From NCBI GenBank assembly GCA_030141605.1, contig JAQGDQ010000044.1, positions 806,001-870,000 on the forward strand: DNA of 64,000 nucleotides, read 5' to 3'. The position numbers and the translations under genes are program-made. Shown piece after piece: positions 36,001 to 51,000 of this stretch (position 1 is the first letter of the stretch; every line of letters begins with the position of its first letter). The notes beneath the pieces were generated by a model. That model was given only the letters and a program-made list of their open reading frames with translations, made no database searches and had not been told where the DNA came from. The DNA comes from Tubiluchus corallicola (taxonomy: Eukaryota > Animalia > Priapulida).

Positions 36001-39000
36001 AGTCTCATATAGAGCAAATTCGTGCAGTTTTGCTTGTCTCATTGCAAGATTTCAGGTAGTATAATATTAATTCAAATGCTTACTTTCCACAATATTTTTT
36101 GTACAGGGTGTCTCAGAAATCACTATAACACTTTACATTTCCTGTATTTTTCAATAAGCAAAGCAAAATCTTTGAAAGTAATTCATACTGATGAACTGAA
36201 ACCTTGAGAAATTCTTTTAGGCAAATTAGACGATAATCTGAAAAGACTACTGCTCGAGTAGGTTTTTTCTATTTTAGCCACCTTCTTCAAGGACTTCAAG
36301 AGTTTTAGAGAACGTTACTGTGGCAAGTGGGGCATCTTGCATTGAAGAAGTCTCTCACAGCCCCTGAGTTGTGAGGAAGGGCTGCACCTTGTTGAAAAAC
36401 TACATTGTTTTTAGTGCACTGCCGATGTGGTGCTCTAAATTTCCGCTGAAATTTTGACGTCATTTCTAACGCTACTGTCGTCGCCATAGCAACGGAGTTC
36501 CGGTCAAAAACTCAATAAAAATTGCCCTAGACCCTTTTTGATTCGAGTAAGAGCTTACCAAGATTGGACAAAAAATCAAAATATATAGTGACTTATAGAA
36601 GCCCTACAGATTAAACCCAGTTCAACCGTTTATTGGAAGAATTTACATGCGTGATATATTAGAAGGTATTCTTTGGACATTCTCCATCAAACGCCACTTT
36701 TATCTACCACGCTAGTAGTCCATAAAACATTCATTTTGACTTATGACGCCACACAGTTCAGCTTCAGCTTTTCTTTTCGAGAACTTTTTCATTGTATATT
36801 TGCATGTTTTGATAGGTGTAGAATGTCATGAGTGTCTCCAAATTCACATAGAACCTTACTGGTAGGTTTGCCCTACCATCTAAGGTAATTTAATTGAAAA
36901 GGACTAGTGAAGGACTGCACAAATGTTTTGCGTAAACACGTGCGTCATTCAAAGTCTGTTTAAGCGTCGTAGAATTAATTGTGCATAATCACCCTAATTT
37001 TGTTAAGCAGTGCATGTAAGATAATGTTAACAGCTGTTGCTTCTATTGCGTAAGACATTCGTCAGCATATTTATAGATAATTTCAAGGACCTACTGCTAT
37101 GCACCACACTGCCACTAATTAATTAAATATTACTATATCTGGATTTGGGTATTTTCAGAAATCGTAGGTAACAAGCAAAGTGAAGCCCAGTTCAGGGTGC
37201 GAGCGTTCAGTGCAATAGAGAAGCCATAATCGCTGCCCCACATCTTGACTGCTTATTTCCGTCCTCCCACATCTTTTGCGTGCATGTGCGTGATGGATCA
37301 ATATGATGCTGCTCTGTGCCGAACGCTACCTGTTATCAATAAATCACTACTGTAGTTTCAGCTTATTGTTATTGGCTCGAAGAGAACTGTTGTCTGTGTG
37401 ACCATTATGCTGTACATAAATAGCAGGGGTCTTTGAGGCCATCACCAGATGTATAAGGTTGGAGGCATGTCCAAAATTAAACATTTATGCGCCTAATTCT
37501 AATGCAATCGTTCCAATGATCCAGTGCACAAGCCCCATAATTTTGTAAATATTTATTTATTAAATCAAGGCACCCGAAATACTGGAAATGTGAAAAATTC
37601 AACAATCTAATTATATCTGCTAGTGATTTATCGGGTGAATTATCATTTTTTTCACCAGTAATAATGAAACACGTGTCTGACTCTAGTTGACCCTGCATTC
37701 TGGTATCCTGCGCTCATCATAATGCTTCTAATTTTGTAGTTGTGGAAGAACCAGTAGCTAGTAATATCAACAGTTAGGTGTATTAGTCATGTTTTGTATA
37801 CATGCATATCATGTATACATTTTTCCTCGATGAACGCTAACGTTAGCTAAAAATTGCTTAGCTTGGATAAATTAAGAAAAACTATGCACCAACCTATGTT
37901 TGGCATTTATAAAGGCAAAATTACGATTGCTGGCATGTAATACTCGTAACTTGTGCACGTTCGTTCCAATAACCAAAGTTCACGTCTAAATTAAAAATAC
38001 GGTTACAAGCTTTCTTTATAAATCACTTGCCAGGTTTCCCGTTAATACGTGCAGTTCTGGCTGAACAAGACTGCATGTGTATTTGAACTCCACTCTCATT
38101 TACTCTTATCAAAACATTAGATAAAACAGTGATTTACAAAATTGTTGCTAGTGTTCTGCAAACATCGCTTAATAGCTTATTGCAGCGTACTGCAGTGCAC
38201 TTTGACCTGTTTTGTCACATCGCATTCAAGATAGGATCTTCTTTTTCTTACGCATAATTAGCGTTCCAAAATCTTCACACTTGCGCAACTGCAATAATCC
38301 TAGAAAAGAGTATTCCCCAGTTATCAGGGATTAGCTGAAAAAGTTCTGTTTTGTATTAAGACTGCAGATAGTTTGCAAAAAATTTGGGCAATTTCAAGAG
38401 CAGAGCAGGCGATGCGAAACAGCAAAAGCTATTTGTGTATTGGACTTGTTCATGGGAAAGCTCTTAATACATCATACGAAAGTAAGATCAGCGATGTTTT
38501 GAAATCACCCAGAAATTAAATAGTATTGCTCTCTAGGTCTACTTTATGTTCTCATGTCGACTGTGCAGAGTTTAGAGATTAATCAGTGAATTTCTGGTTT
38601 ATTAGACTTAAAATTAGTCCAGCATAAGTGATATTGTGGGCTAATGGTACATAAAAATCGTATAGTTTTACATTGCTTGATTGGAGAAACCCACTTTTTA
38701 CGATTGTCCAGTCATTATGCCTGAATTGCACATTTTTCTCCTTGTATTTTGTATTTTGTAAAGTAGTACATTAGTAAGTATACTATGAGCCTATATGATG
38801 CTTTTCTTTTTAGGTGTGCCTTTCCCACCATCACATCGGCTCACAATGTCAGAGGTGTTCGACGCAAAAGGGAAGCCTCGCATGGAAGTTATGAAGCAAC
38901 ACTTTATTTTAGAGGGTCGAGTAGAGGAAGCAGTAGCTCTTAAAATTATAAATGATGGTGCCGCATTATTACGAGCTGAAAAAACAATGATAGATGTAGA

Positions 39001-42000
39001 AGCTCCAGTTACAGGTAAGCAGTAATTTCCCAGTAAACGCTTACTATATTATCCACAAGCCAAGCAAGGTACAAGTGTCACCTTGCTTCACCTTTGTTAT
39101 TAGAGCTCTTCTTATTACCATTATGACAGAGTCTGAGCGTGAGACACGTGCTAAGGTGTCGATTACGTACAGTATAATTAAATATGATTGATTATACAGA
39201 TTTACAGTTACATTACATATATAAAATTCATAATCGCAAATTACAATTAAACCTTTGTGATGCTATTCCTTTGGGCAAAGTTATGTTTGTAATTAGCACC
39301 ACCACCTTATGTCCACAAAAAACATTGCTTTTGCAATTATTTGTTTACCTCTAAATCTCCATACACAATACAAATATGTGATTAAAGTAGTGTTGCCACT
39401 TATACCATAATTAACAGAACATACACGTTCATGATACAAAAAAGAGACTATACAATAATCGATAATTGTATGATAATTTAGTATTGCGAAACTAAAAAGC
39501 AAGGCATGAAAAATTGTGCATTGAAAAATTTAAAACATTACTGCTAACGAGTGGGAAATAAACAAACTTTGATTTCAACTGATTTTAAATATTCCACGAC
39601 TCAGCTTTAAACATTCACAAAGCTTTAATAAAAAAATTTTGTTTGAAAGAGATTTTTTCACAATTTTTTTGTGGCCGGCCCTAGCATTTACCACAATTAA
39701 TAACTTTTTTAGATGTTAATCATTATTTCACTTATCACTGTATTAGTAGTGACAGCACATGTATAATCAGTCGCAATTAACTTATGCAGAATCTCCTGGA
39801 AATTAGATTTTAATTCATTTTATTTCATTAACTCGTTCATTCGAAAAATATAGCATAGTTTTGGTAAATTATAGTAATTAAATTATATTATATTAGATAA
39901 CCGTTACTCACTTAAACACCAATATCGGTGCATTACAGATGCAAAAACATTGAGATTATGTGATAATTTCATCGTTCTTCTGGTGTGTGAATGTTTTCTT
40001 GTAAAGTTAATACATAAAAATCGTACTTCCAAAGCTTTATTATGAAACACATAACTAACGGCGTGTATGGACTAAATGACAAGTCAGCAAACAGTTGTTA
40101 GTTATTGTAATTATTGTATCGCCTTCAGCATAAATAAATTTATATTGTTTCATTTTATGACGAAATAATATAAAGCCTTTTATGCCAATGACTGTTAGTG
40201 AAACTGATTGTTAACGAATAATGGCCAGAAATAAACACAGTTACTCTTCCACTCTAAAGCGCAGAGGAGCGTGGGATAGAAATGCACCTTGAAATTGAAT
40301 AATGGCCATTGTCGGCAGAACAAACTCGCGCTGTGCTTCTGCTCCCTGGCTCAGTGATAATTCTACATGAAGCCATGTTCTATGGCGTATAGTCAAGAGA
40401 ATGAAGCCTGCGCCTGCTGTAATAAGAGTCTTGGATCAATATTTGCTTTCCCAGCTCCTGTAATACTGGACAGTGTGTTCGTGTACTATACCAGATCCAG
40501 GCTAGAATCTCCCTGCACATGTCTTCATTTCCTGTAGGTTTGTTTGTTTGCACCCTGGATTAAAATTGTCTTTTTCATTGTGCAATCTTCAGTTTTCCAT
40601 CTTGGAATCTTCAGTAGCTTGGGAAGAGTTTTTTCAAATGTCCACTTGTGGGTTTCAGGATTTTCGTATAGAATACCTGTAATTCAACTGTACTGTTTCA
40701 TTGTACTCGCAAAGTACAACCTCTTGTGGCAGGTCTACAACCTGTGTAGACTATAGACACAATCCTTATTGAATCTGTAGATAAATAATCATGATATATC
40801 TAAATTTATGTTATCCATCTTGGCCTAAGCTCATGATAAGGGTCCGTACATACTATTAATCTGGTATGAATTTTCATTTTTTTATTATTTAACCGATCTC
40901 TATCTCCCTAGCTAGCAGCGTGTATCAACTGTTTACCACCGGGTCTATGTAATCCTAAAAACATGAAGAGTGTTCAACAAATGACCTTAGGAGAAAATAT
41001 GTCGTTATAATATTTCGATTTCAATGGCTTGATGAAAACAAACGTGACACTTTTCGTTTTGTTTAATAGATATAGTTTTATATTGAGCTCCATACAAGCT
41101 GCCTCCTTTCATGTTAATTCATTTAGGTGGTTGCTGTGTAATCGATTGTCCATGTTGCCCTGTTAGTTGTTGGCTGCCCTACAGCAGCTTCAGCGTTTTT
41201 CCCCGTGTTTATGCAAGCAAATCTAAAAAAACACTGTTTTTATTCGCATCCGCGCTGTCATGCGGATGCTGCTTGCACTCATTAACGAAGATATGGATTG
41301 AGGCAATTGCACGTACACGGTTATTGAATTGCTTGGTAATTGTATAACTTGCTGGGAATGATCAAACATTGAGAGCGCAGTCTGTAGACACTATACGCTC
41401 TTGCTGATTATTGTAATATTTGTATATATCATATTGATAACATTGAGGTCGTTTATTGTTTGTCGAAATTGCTGATGATTTGGAATTTGACAGCAGTGCG
41501 TTATGTTGTTATGCCAAATATCCTAAAGGTTTCTATTATGACATTAAATGTGTATTGAAGTATCAAAAGCATAAAGCTCAATAAACCGTGAATTGCCATA
41601 TATATTTTGCTTGCACAGGCTCAGAACAGTAACTTTCCACAAAATAGTAATATTTATTTTACATGTATAACACAATTTTCACATTTAGCAAATTCCTTCA
41701 AATATAATTATAGGCAATGTTTTCTCCATTACCGAGCTCTGAATGCCCAATATATTTTAAAGTAGTCTGATTGTTTTTAAGGTATGATGACTACCTGAAG
41801 AGATATACTATGAACATATTAATTCACCTATTGCTTCTTATTTATTTTTATCCTAACATATTAATTCACCTATTGTTTCTTATTTAGTTTATCCTAAATT
41901 TTTGCATTGTTTTCTTTCAATAATCACCATTTTTGTATTTGTATATAAAAGTTTTCAAGATGGTAATAGGCTAATATTGTTTCTTACGTTTTTCTTACGT

Positions 42001-45000
42001 TTTTGCCTTTTCAGCCATTGTATTGATCACTGTTTGTTATTTCATGCAAACTAACGTCGCCAGAATTAAAGTTAGTTTGACTCAAGGGTCATTACGGTTT
42101 CTTGTCTTTTCATTTCTGCGTACATTATTAATTAACAAAGTAAACAAAGTTGAATTTAATTAAATTTTTAGGCCTATTTTATATAAGCGTTAGTTAAATT
42201 GTTGCCAATTTTTTGATGTGTTAGCTATGGGTACTATTCTGAGACATTTTGATTGCATGCTTTTTACTGACCTTTTTCTTCTTTTTCAGTTTGTGGTGAT
42301 ATTCACGGTCAGTTCTATGACCTTATGAAACTGTTTGAAGTGGGTGGTCCACCCTCATCGACGCGGTATCTTTTTCTTGGTGATTATGTTGATAGGGGAT
42401 ATTTTAGTATAGAGGTATGTATGAGAAAGTGATGCTTAATGAATTATATACATGTGTTAATTGAACGTGTGTTAGTCATTACAAAATAATTTATTTATTC
42501 CAGTGCCAGATGTGACAGAAAAGCTGCATAATGCAAATCTTGAGCTTTACACTAAGAAATATAAGACAAATGAGGCCAAATTTCTGAGTATGATAAGAAA
42601 TATCAGATAAATATTAAAGTAAGAATGAAACAAAAGGTCTAACCACCAACAGTATCATTTAGTTATGAAAGTAGTATTTAGATGAAGGGTTGTAAAAAGC
42701 ATGTGGACTATCGAGTCAGACACCCCGAACCTTCACAGCTGTCAGCACTTGAATCACTGATTAAGCATTCTTCAAAATTCAGCCACTTCAAATTAGAGCA
42801 AAATGCAAATTACTTAGTGTAATTTTTCCACCTCTTGCCAATTAAATTATTATGAATAAAACTTAATAAATGTTTTAGTAAGCAACATCTCTAAACATTT
42901 TCCCTTATTGCGACAAGCTACAAAAAATGTGTAAAATCACATGACTAAAGTGCAATAAGCCTACATAACCACTGAAGAATTGTTCATATTGGCATCTAAT
43001 TTTGTTAAATTTAGTTAAAATAACTTTTGGTTTTAAAAGATTTAAAAAAGCATATTTATTTAAAAAACATGCATGCAGTTTTCAAAATAAAATTATTCCA
43101 CCTTACGTTAGATAATGGTGATACCATATGTAATTTGCTGTTTACTGTAATAATCACTGTCCTGCTGTGAAATTATCTCAGAAGTAGAATTGTCTGTTTC
43201 TAAGCTTGAGTTAGACATGTAAAGGCACTTTAATATAAACATCATATATTTTCAGCGCTCTAATATTTACATCAAAGTAGGATGTAATTTGAAATTTCTT
43301 TTTTAAGCGCATGTATCGGTTTTATTCTTTCCTGTGTCAGTTTGTTTGTTGGGTAATTCTTAATGTTTGAAGTGACAGCCTCATTGTATCAAATTCTTTA
43401 TTAACATTGCATCGTTGATGCAATTTTCATTGAGGATAATGTAAGTGGTACTTGAGTACTCGTTGTCAAACACACGCGGAGTTTCTTACATTCGCAGATA
43501 GTTACAATACTAACACTGGGACAGTTTTATTCAGAATTTAAAAACATTTAAATTGCTTTAAAATGTCTCCATGTCATCGGTATACAGTTATTTTTCTGCC
43601 AGGTAGTTTTCTCAAGTTCTCATTGTTCATTTTATTGTCTGAACTCCTAATGATTGTGATTATTCATCTAAATTATTAGCAGTGGTGGACCCATTGTAAT
43701 GTTTCTGCTAGATCAAAATGTAAAACAACTCCCTGATACTTAGTTTCACATATCAAATGAAAGTAAAAATTTCAAGCAAATAAAGTTTTACATCTTTTCA
43801 ATATTGTTTTATTTATTTGTGTTTATCCATGCACAATACAAAACTAGTAAATTTTAGTAGTGTTATAAGAAAACTGAAAATCTCACATACATAGAACAGT
43901 CAATCCAAGTATCTTACATGCCATAACTTGAAAATGGTTTTGAAGCATAATTGTGGAATATTCTTTAGCTGATGAATTTTATCTTCAGTTAAGGATACAA
44001 AGTTTAGAACAGCACTAGTTAAAATGGTAGGGCATATAAAAAGTGATCCAAACCGTTTAAATAACAGCTAAGTAATCCCCACATCGCATTTGCTTTGGCC
44101 CCTTACGAATACGTCCGACTCTTTAAAGATAGTCAAACAACATACCTTGATTGCTGTGCTAACCAGTGCATCAGGTAAATATCATTTACATTAAGTGATT
44201 TCCTTCCTTTACAATAGGATACTCTTCGAATATAGTAGATGGGTCCACCTAAGTCTTAAGCTACATATATTATGAACGATTTGTACCTTGAAGCATAATT
44301 TTCTAACTTTATACTATGTACTTAATTATTGTTTAGTATGGCTTGCAAACTAGCAGCATTATGTAAAGTTATATTTTTTCAGTGAAATATTTTTCTTTTA
44401 ACCATTTCGTAATTTTTAAAATTACTACCACATTTTGGTAAATATATCAGTTTGGTTATTCAGTTCGCAGTTCAGTGCACAAGGCACAGTGCACTTTTCG
44501 CCCATGGAGTACACATACATTGAACACATGCTTTGTGTCAACATTTTGTTTAGTGTATAAACATTCATTGTAATAAAATTTAGTATTCAGATTGATTGAT
44601 GAACTTTCAGACAGCCTGGTCCGGTATACTGTTCTGACTCCTGTAAATTTTTATACTGGAGTGTCTGTTATCTGGCTTTTGTTATAGTACCTCTAAAAAA
44701 CTTTAATTATGCAAATAATGACCATTGAAATAAGATCACAAAATCAATTGTCGCACACGCTGTGTTCCAACAAGCTCTAGTACAGGTTGAATATATTGAA
44801 TAAAAACAAAATTCTTTTGAATGAAGTTATACGAAGTTTGAATGTTTAAACTCTACTGATGAACATGATGCATATTCAACTGAACTGCTGCAAGCATTTA
44901 ACTTCAGCATAGGGTCTTGGAACTATGTGCTACTCTAGATGTTACCTGAATGTAACATTGGGCATTGTACATTTGTTAAACATTTAAATTGTATATATAA

Positions 45001-48000
45001 ACTGAGTAGGCTATACAAATTCTGCTTAAGTAGGTTGGCTGAAATCTTACAATGTTCACTTTTTTCGTACTATGAAAAAATATTTTGTGACAGACAAAGT
45101 TATTTTTCATTTCAGTGTGTAGTTTATCTATGGGCGCTGAAACTGCTTTACCCTACCACATTATTCCTGCTAAGGGGAAACCATGAGTGTAGACACCTCA
45201 CAGAGTATTTCACATTTAAAACAGAATGTAAGTTCACTTTTCTTGTTTGTGTGTATTGGTTTATGGGTAAATGTTCGGTAAATGTTGTTGTGAATGTTGT
45301 TCAATGCAATGTGATGTTTCAAACATTGGCTGCAAGTTTTACAGGAATGCACAGGTAACAATAGCAGATTGTATGCTTTTAAAACTAACTATCTTCTAGA
45401 TGATATATAACCTTTTATTAGTTGCTTCCAGTATTTCACGTTTGCATTATGACCGTTCAGTTCTGGCCATACGACTTGCCGTACGCGGAACTAATGTACT
45501 TCACCGCTCTACTGGCTGACTTTATAACAGCTGGATGAGTGAAGCATTTAACTGCTATAACCGGGATTATATTAGGCCTTTTTAGTTAGTTTTAACCTGT
45601 TGAGTAAGGTAGGTCATCGCTACTTTTCTCGCATTTGCACAATCAATCTTCTGCTAGCCACCAAGGACAAAATGTGCATATCATACATTTGCTTGCTTCC
45701 AGCTGTCAGAGAAATAATGCGAAGACATGTATCGTACATTTCGCTGCCACCAATCACCAGACAAATATTGCCTTTCCTGCTCCCAACCACCAGAGAAATA
45801 ATGCTAAGGTGCATGTATCATGCATTGTCTTACTACCAATCACCAAGGAAATAATACCGAGGCACATGTAGTACATTTTTTGTTGTTCCGACCTCCTATA
45901 TATGTCTCTCACTTCCCTGATGTCAATGACCAGAGAAATAATGCCATGACACACGTATTACGCATTGTCCTATTGCCAGCCAGCAAGGTAATAATTTAGA
46001 GATATCGCACATTTCTATGCTGCCACCTGCCAAAGAAATAATGCCGAGCCATATGTATCATGCTTATCATGCCAACCACCAGAGATATAATTGCCAACCA
46101 CCGAAATGAATGTATTATCCATTGCCCTGCTTTCAGCCACCACGGAAGTAATGCAGAGGCGTAATGCAAAATGCATTTCCCTGCTGCCAGCAACCAGGGT
46201 AATAATGTCAAGACACTCATACTATGAATTGCCCCACAGCCACCTACCAAGGAAATAATGTTGAGACATGTGTATCATGGATTTCCTTGCTGTCAGGTAC
46301 CTGAGAAATAATGCTGAGACATATGCATCATGCACTTCCCTGCTGCCAGCCACTAGGATAATAGACACATACGTATCATCTGGAGAAGAAGGAAAGTCAA
46401 TAAATTTGTTCTGGAGAAATGCCATTTTCCAACACCAAATCATATCTACTATTCTAGTAGGATAAGCTCAGTTTTGAGCATGTTATTCCTGCAGATGACT
46501 CACTGCAAAAAGACATCTTGTTTGGTAAAGTCCAAGATAACAACTCCGGGTCTAGATCTGTTGAAGGACCTAGTTGAAGTGAGATCACTGCAGGAGATGA
46601 TGGAGCAAGCAAGAGATAGACATGTATGGAGAGAGAGAGAGATAGTCTGTGATGTCACCAGGGGTCGAATATGACCAACTAGAAAATGATGATATGTATC
46701 GCACATTTCTCTGCTTCTAGTCACCAAGGAAACGTCGTCAAGAATGTGTCATGCTGTTTTTTTCTGCCAGCCACCAAGGACATAATGCGGAGACGCACAT
46801 GTCACTCATTTCCCCGGTGCCATTCGCTAAGGAAATGGTCCCGAGGTACATGTATCAGGCAATTCCTTCCTGCCAGCCAGCAGGGACATAATGTAGAGAC
46901 ACATGTATTATGCATTTCTTTGCTGCAGAATATCAAATTATTCAACTCATGGCTTTCCTGTAGATTTGTGAGCACTTTCGTAGTGTAATGTAAAAACAAG
47001 TTCTTGTATAGATGTGCAGATCCATTTTAGTTGCATACGAAAGAGTCGCCTTTGACAAAGTTAGACAGTGAAGATAAAGCGTGTCAGCCTAGGTAGTACA
47101 TGTAAAAAAGCTGGTACAGTTACATGTGAACAGACAAAATGTGATTGTCTAACTGATGCCAAACTCAGTGAGTGCTACTAAGTTCTTTGCCTTATGATTG
47201 TTTATCTTTCGCATTTGACAGTTAAAGTTCAACAAATGAATGTGCAGAACACTATTTTAATTAGAAAAGAATTTTAAAGCATACTCTTTGTTATAAGATA
47301 ATCACAATACCTTGAAAAAGTAAATTTTTTTGAAAATTCTGACAATTTTTTAACCCGAGACCAAATACATACTTGTATAAAATTAAACTGCCCTTTATAG
47401 AAATACTTAAATTGCTATACAGCAAATGTCAACATTCTTTGTTTTGTAGTCATTATTTCATTGTACATATCATTTAAGTACTTTTTGGATGGTAAAGACC
47501 AAATGTGAAATGTTGTGAATATCCTATTTAGATGGATGATGAGGGAATCTAGCTTTAATTATGAACAAAACCACAAATGCCCATTTTGATTCTTGACGTT
47601 TCGATAGCAAAACTTGTCCAAAGTGTAAAATCTGTAGGCAAAAATTTTTTTTAACATTTAAACATATAAAATTGATTTATAAAAATACCTACAAACTTTC
47701 CAACATATTAGCAAAAATTCAAATAGCTACCATGTGCAACTAAACAAAAATTTAAGTGGCAAAGAAGTGCAGTACAACGTTCATGAAACACTTTTGATAA
47801 AAAATTATAACCTAGCCTCAATAATTAGATGTCATCTTGCCACTAAAACTCTTCTAACTCATTGACTGGTCCTCACTGACTGGCTACCTCTAGTAGTTTG
47901 TCCATTTGCTAACTAAACTTGTGACTGCCTAGCTATCGTAGCTAAGAATGGACCAACACCACCCAGGGATTCTCACCATACTGTCCCGTCAGGATGGCAA

Positions 48001-51000
48001 ATCGACCGAATAAGAGACAGATGCTCATCAACTATACATGTGCAGCATGGAAATTTCCCAATTGGAACTCTTGGGTAAATTAGTGCTGAAAGTTTCGACG
48101 AAATGTTCTGGTACTTCACGTCTGGAGACATCAGCCGGGATTTTTCAAGTACCTCTTACACTAATTGTGGTTGAAGATCCAAGAATAACAGCCGTCTCTT
48201 GCGTGTGGCAAGTTTGTGCAATTTGTAGAATGAGTGCTGGTGTTTCGACTGTTCTTGCTACTTACTGGTGTTTTTTTTGCTCTGCTACAGTCAAGTTTAC
48301 AAACAAATATGAGTAATGTGTAGCATTGCTAAACATATGTTTGCTAGAGTATTTTTCTACTATACTATGAACACATTTATGTTATTACAGTAGTAAGTCA
48401 TCTGGTGCTCTGTTTTTGAAAAGAAAACATTTTTATTCAAATCAGTAAACCTGGTCTTAAAGCAAAATTGATAGTACCCTTATATGCTACACTTGTATTC
48501 CATACTTTTGCGGCTACTGAATTTTATTATTATTTAATTTTGTTCAGTTTTATTTATTATGACCATTCATATGGTTTTAAGTAGCAGTCTCTACCAGAAA
48601 GCAAATTCGAATCAAATTTGTCACTTTGGAATTCGAATGGAATCAAACTTTGGTATTTCGAATTCAAATTGAATTCGAATTGAGATTGAAAGACTTTCGA
48701 ACGCGTTTTCGAACCACCAACAAAAATTGTCTTACAAAGATCATAGTAAAAGACTTTTTCTGCAGCAAAACTTCTAATAATTTGTTTAAAAATTGTGCAC
48801 AGAAATTTGAGCTAAATTACGCTAATTGCATAATGTTTCAAATGTTTTAATGATAAAGAACGCATGTGGTTGAAGTGCTGAATTATTCGAATCTATAGTT
48901 TTAGCTTCAAATCAAATTCGAACTAAAAAAACTCGTTCGCATCGAATTCCAACGTTCGATTCTCGCCCCTAGTTTTAAGTGCAGGGTTCATTTCTGAAAG
49001 TGAACATAATGTCCTTATGTCCTCCATCTTTGATGGAGAGGAACTGATTGTTTTAATGGAAATGATCTTTTACAGACCTGCCCATTGCCTAAAAAGGACC
49101 CGAATTAATGTTCTTCTTGTATTTGTTATACGTGATGCTGATAATAGTGATTAGAGTTGTGAATGCTTTAAGAAAAATCAGACTAAATTGCTTAATAAGG
49201 TCTGGTGACCTCTTAATTAAAAAGTATTATATTATGTATTATGTTTTTATATTATAAGTGTTTACAAGCACATCATTAAACTTAAATGTCAACCATTAAG
49301 TATTGCTATTTCCCAAAAAGCTTTTGAAATGGTTACATTTGGTTAGTGCCTTTGATTCGAGAAAACTTGATAAGAAATTCTGCTTTCTCAAAAGCTCGCA
49401 AAATTAAATTAGTTCGAATTGGAGGCGGAATCCCAGTGGCTCTTCTCTCTGAGATTCATAATTGATAAGAACGTTTGAAATGTTCAGAAAAAGTCTGTTG
49501 CATCTGACACTGAAAGTCAGACTCGGGCGTTTGATGTCATCAGTCTTTTTTTTTTGTGAAAGAGTAAATAACCAACGCAGCCACACATTGGTTATCAGTC
49601 ACATAATAAAACCTAACAGTGACACCATGTCATTCTAATAATATAATAAAATGTAATATTTATAAAAAAAACTATTTATTGCATCTGTTATACAACAGCC
49701 AAATGATACATATTAAAAGTACACATTCTCACTTGGTTATATAATCAGTTTAAACATTTAACTGTTGTTAGCAACACTGTTAATAAGCATGATAAAAAAC
49801 AATGTGAAGGGCCTACAGGTGAACTATTCAGGTAAATAGTGTTAATGTGTCAAGCATTAAATACGATAGTATATATACAGATTTACAAATTTACCACTAT
49901 GTACAAGATAAAAGTTTTAAAAATTTTGCAGCCGTTTACATGTTATAATTTACATAAGAATGTCATCGTCTACATTTATATGTGTACCAAAGAATTTCGT
50001 GTGAACCTATTGTTGATTCGTGAGGAGTGTTCGGGACGTTTTCTCTTTTATTGTATGCAGATATATTTTATTTTAATGCACAAAGGCTGTTGAACCGGGC
50101 TGTGTTCACTTATCACTTATTTGCAAACCTGCTTGTGACCATATTTGTTGTTAGTTTTTATTTGCTTAATATTACTTGTTCTTGTATTAGTTGTTTGTCG
50201 TTGATGAAGGGTAATGGATTGCTGTTGAAAGCTGGCGTGGATCGTTTATGTATTTGTAAAGGAATAGCAAATTTTGATATTTGAAGATAGATTCAACTGT
50301 AGGTATATTTAGCTAGGTATATGATACTGTGGCTCTCTGACTTCGTTGTGGTTTGTACTGGCTTCTCCAGCATTTCTCTGCAATCGTAATTCTTTCATTC
50401 CCGTGTCTTGCTTCCATCTTATGTGTCACTAATAATTTCCCATGTAATTTTTCAGACACTATTTTGTTCGCCTGACACAGTATAAGGAAACTTTTGTGCC
50501 TGTATAATTTTAATGTATGAGAAATGTAAATGCAAATTGCGTAACGGATGTATATTAAATTTGGGTATACATTTTAATTTAATTTAATCGGTATATATTT
50601 TTTCGACCCTTAATACTGCAGGTATTAATGTTTGTAATACAATATTTGTGTTTTATGCGATTTGGTAAATTCATACAAATGTAGTTCTAGACTGATGGTC
50701 ACTCATCTTCATCTTCAAATCTTTGAATTTTCTACTACACTGTACTTTTGTATACATTAGTTTTACTATGTATGAGCAATATAACGTGGCTTGTTCGTTA
50801 TTTTTGCACATTTTGTCGTATCGTATTTTGGACACAAATCAGAAAATGTCACAACACAACACATAAATCAGTTGAGACAATAAATTGTTTTTGTATATCA
50901 AACTAGTTAGTTTTGTAGTCCTAATTTCAAGATTGTGAATTGTTTAAATGTTGAAACTAACATTAACCAAAAGTATAGAAATGTGAAGCAGTCTACTAAA

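Noticed and set aside
25094-38813. Nested protein-coding gene in the large calcineurin introns (also 45228-57844)
   Set aside because: No chain of in-phase exons or recognisable domain was found by eye; the short ORFs are transposon remnants or low-complexity. Small nested exons cannot be excluded without RNA-seq.
45216-45227. Calcineurin FKTEC instead of the vertebrate FKQEC
   Set aside because: The position is non-catalytic and varies among eukaryotic calcineurins; the metal-binding motifs seen are intact.
45650-46928. CRISPR-like array
   Set aside because: Units are diverged whole-length tandem copies with no identical repeats and no unique spacers; the context is a eukaryotic intron with no cas genes.
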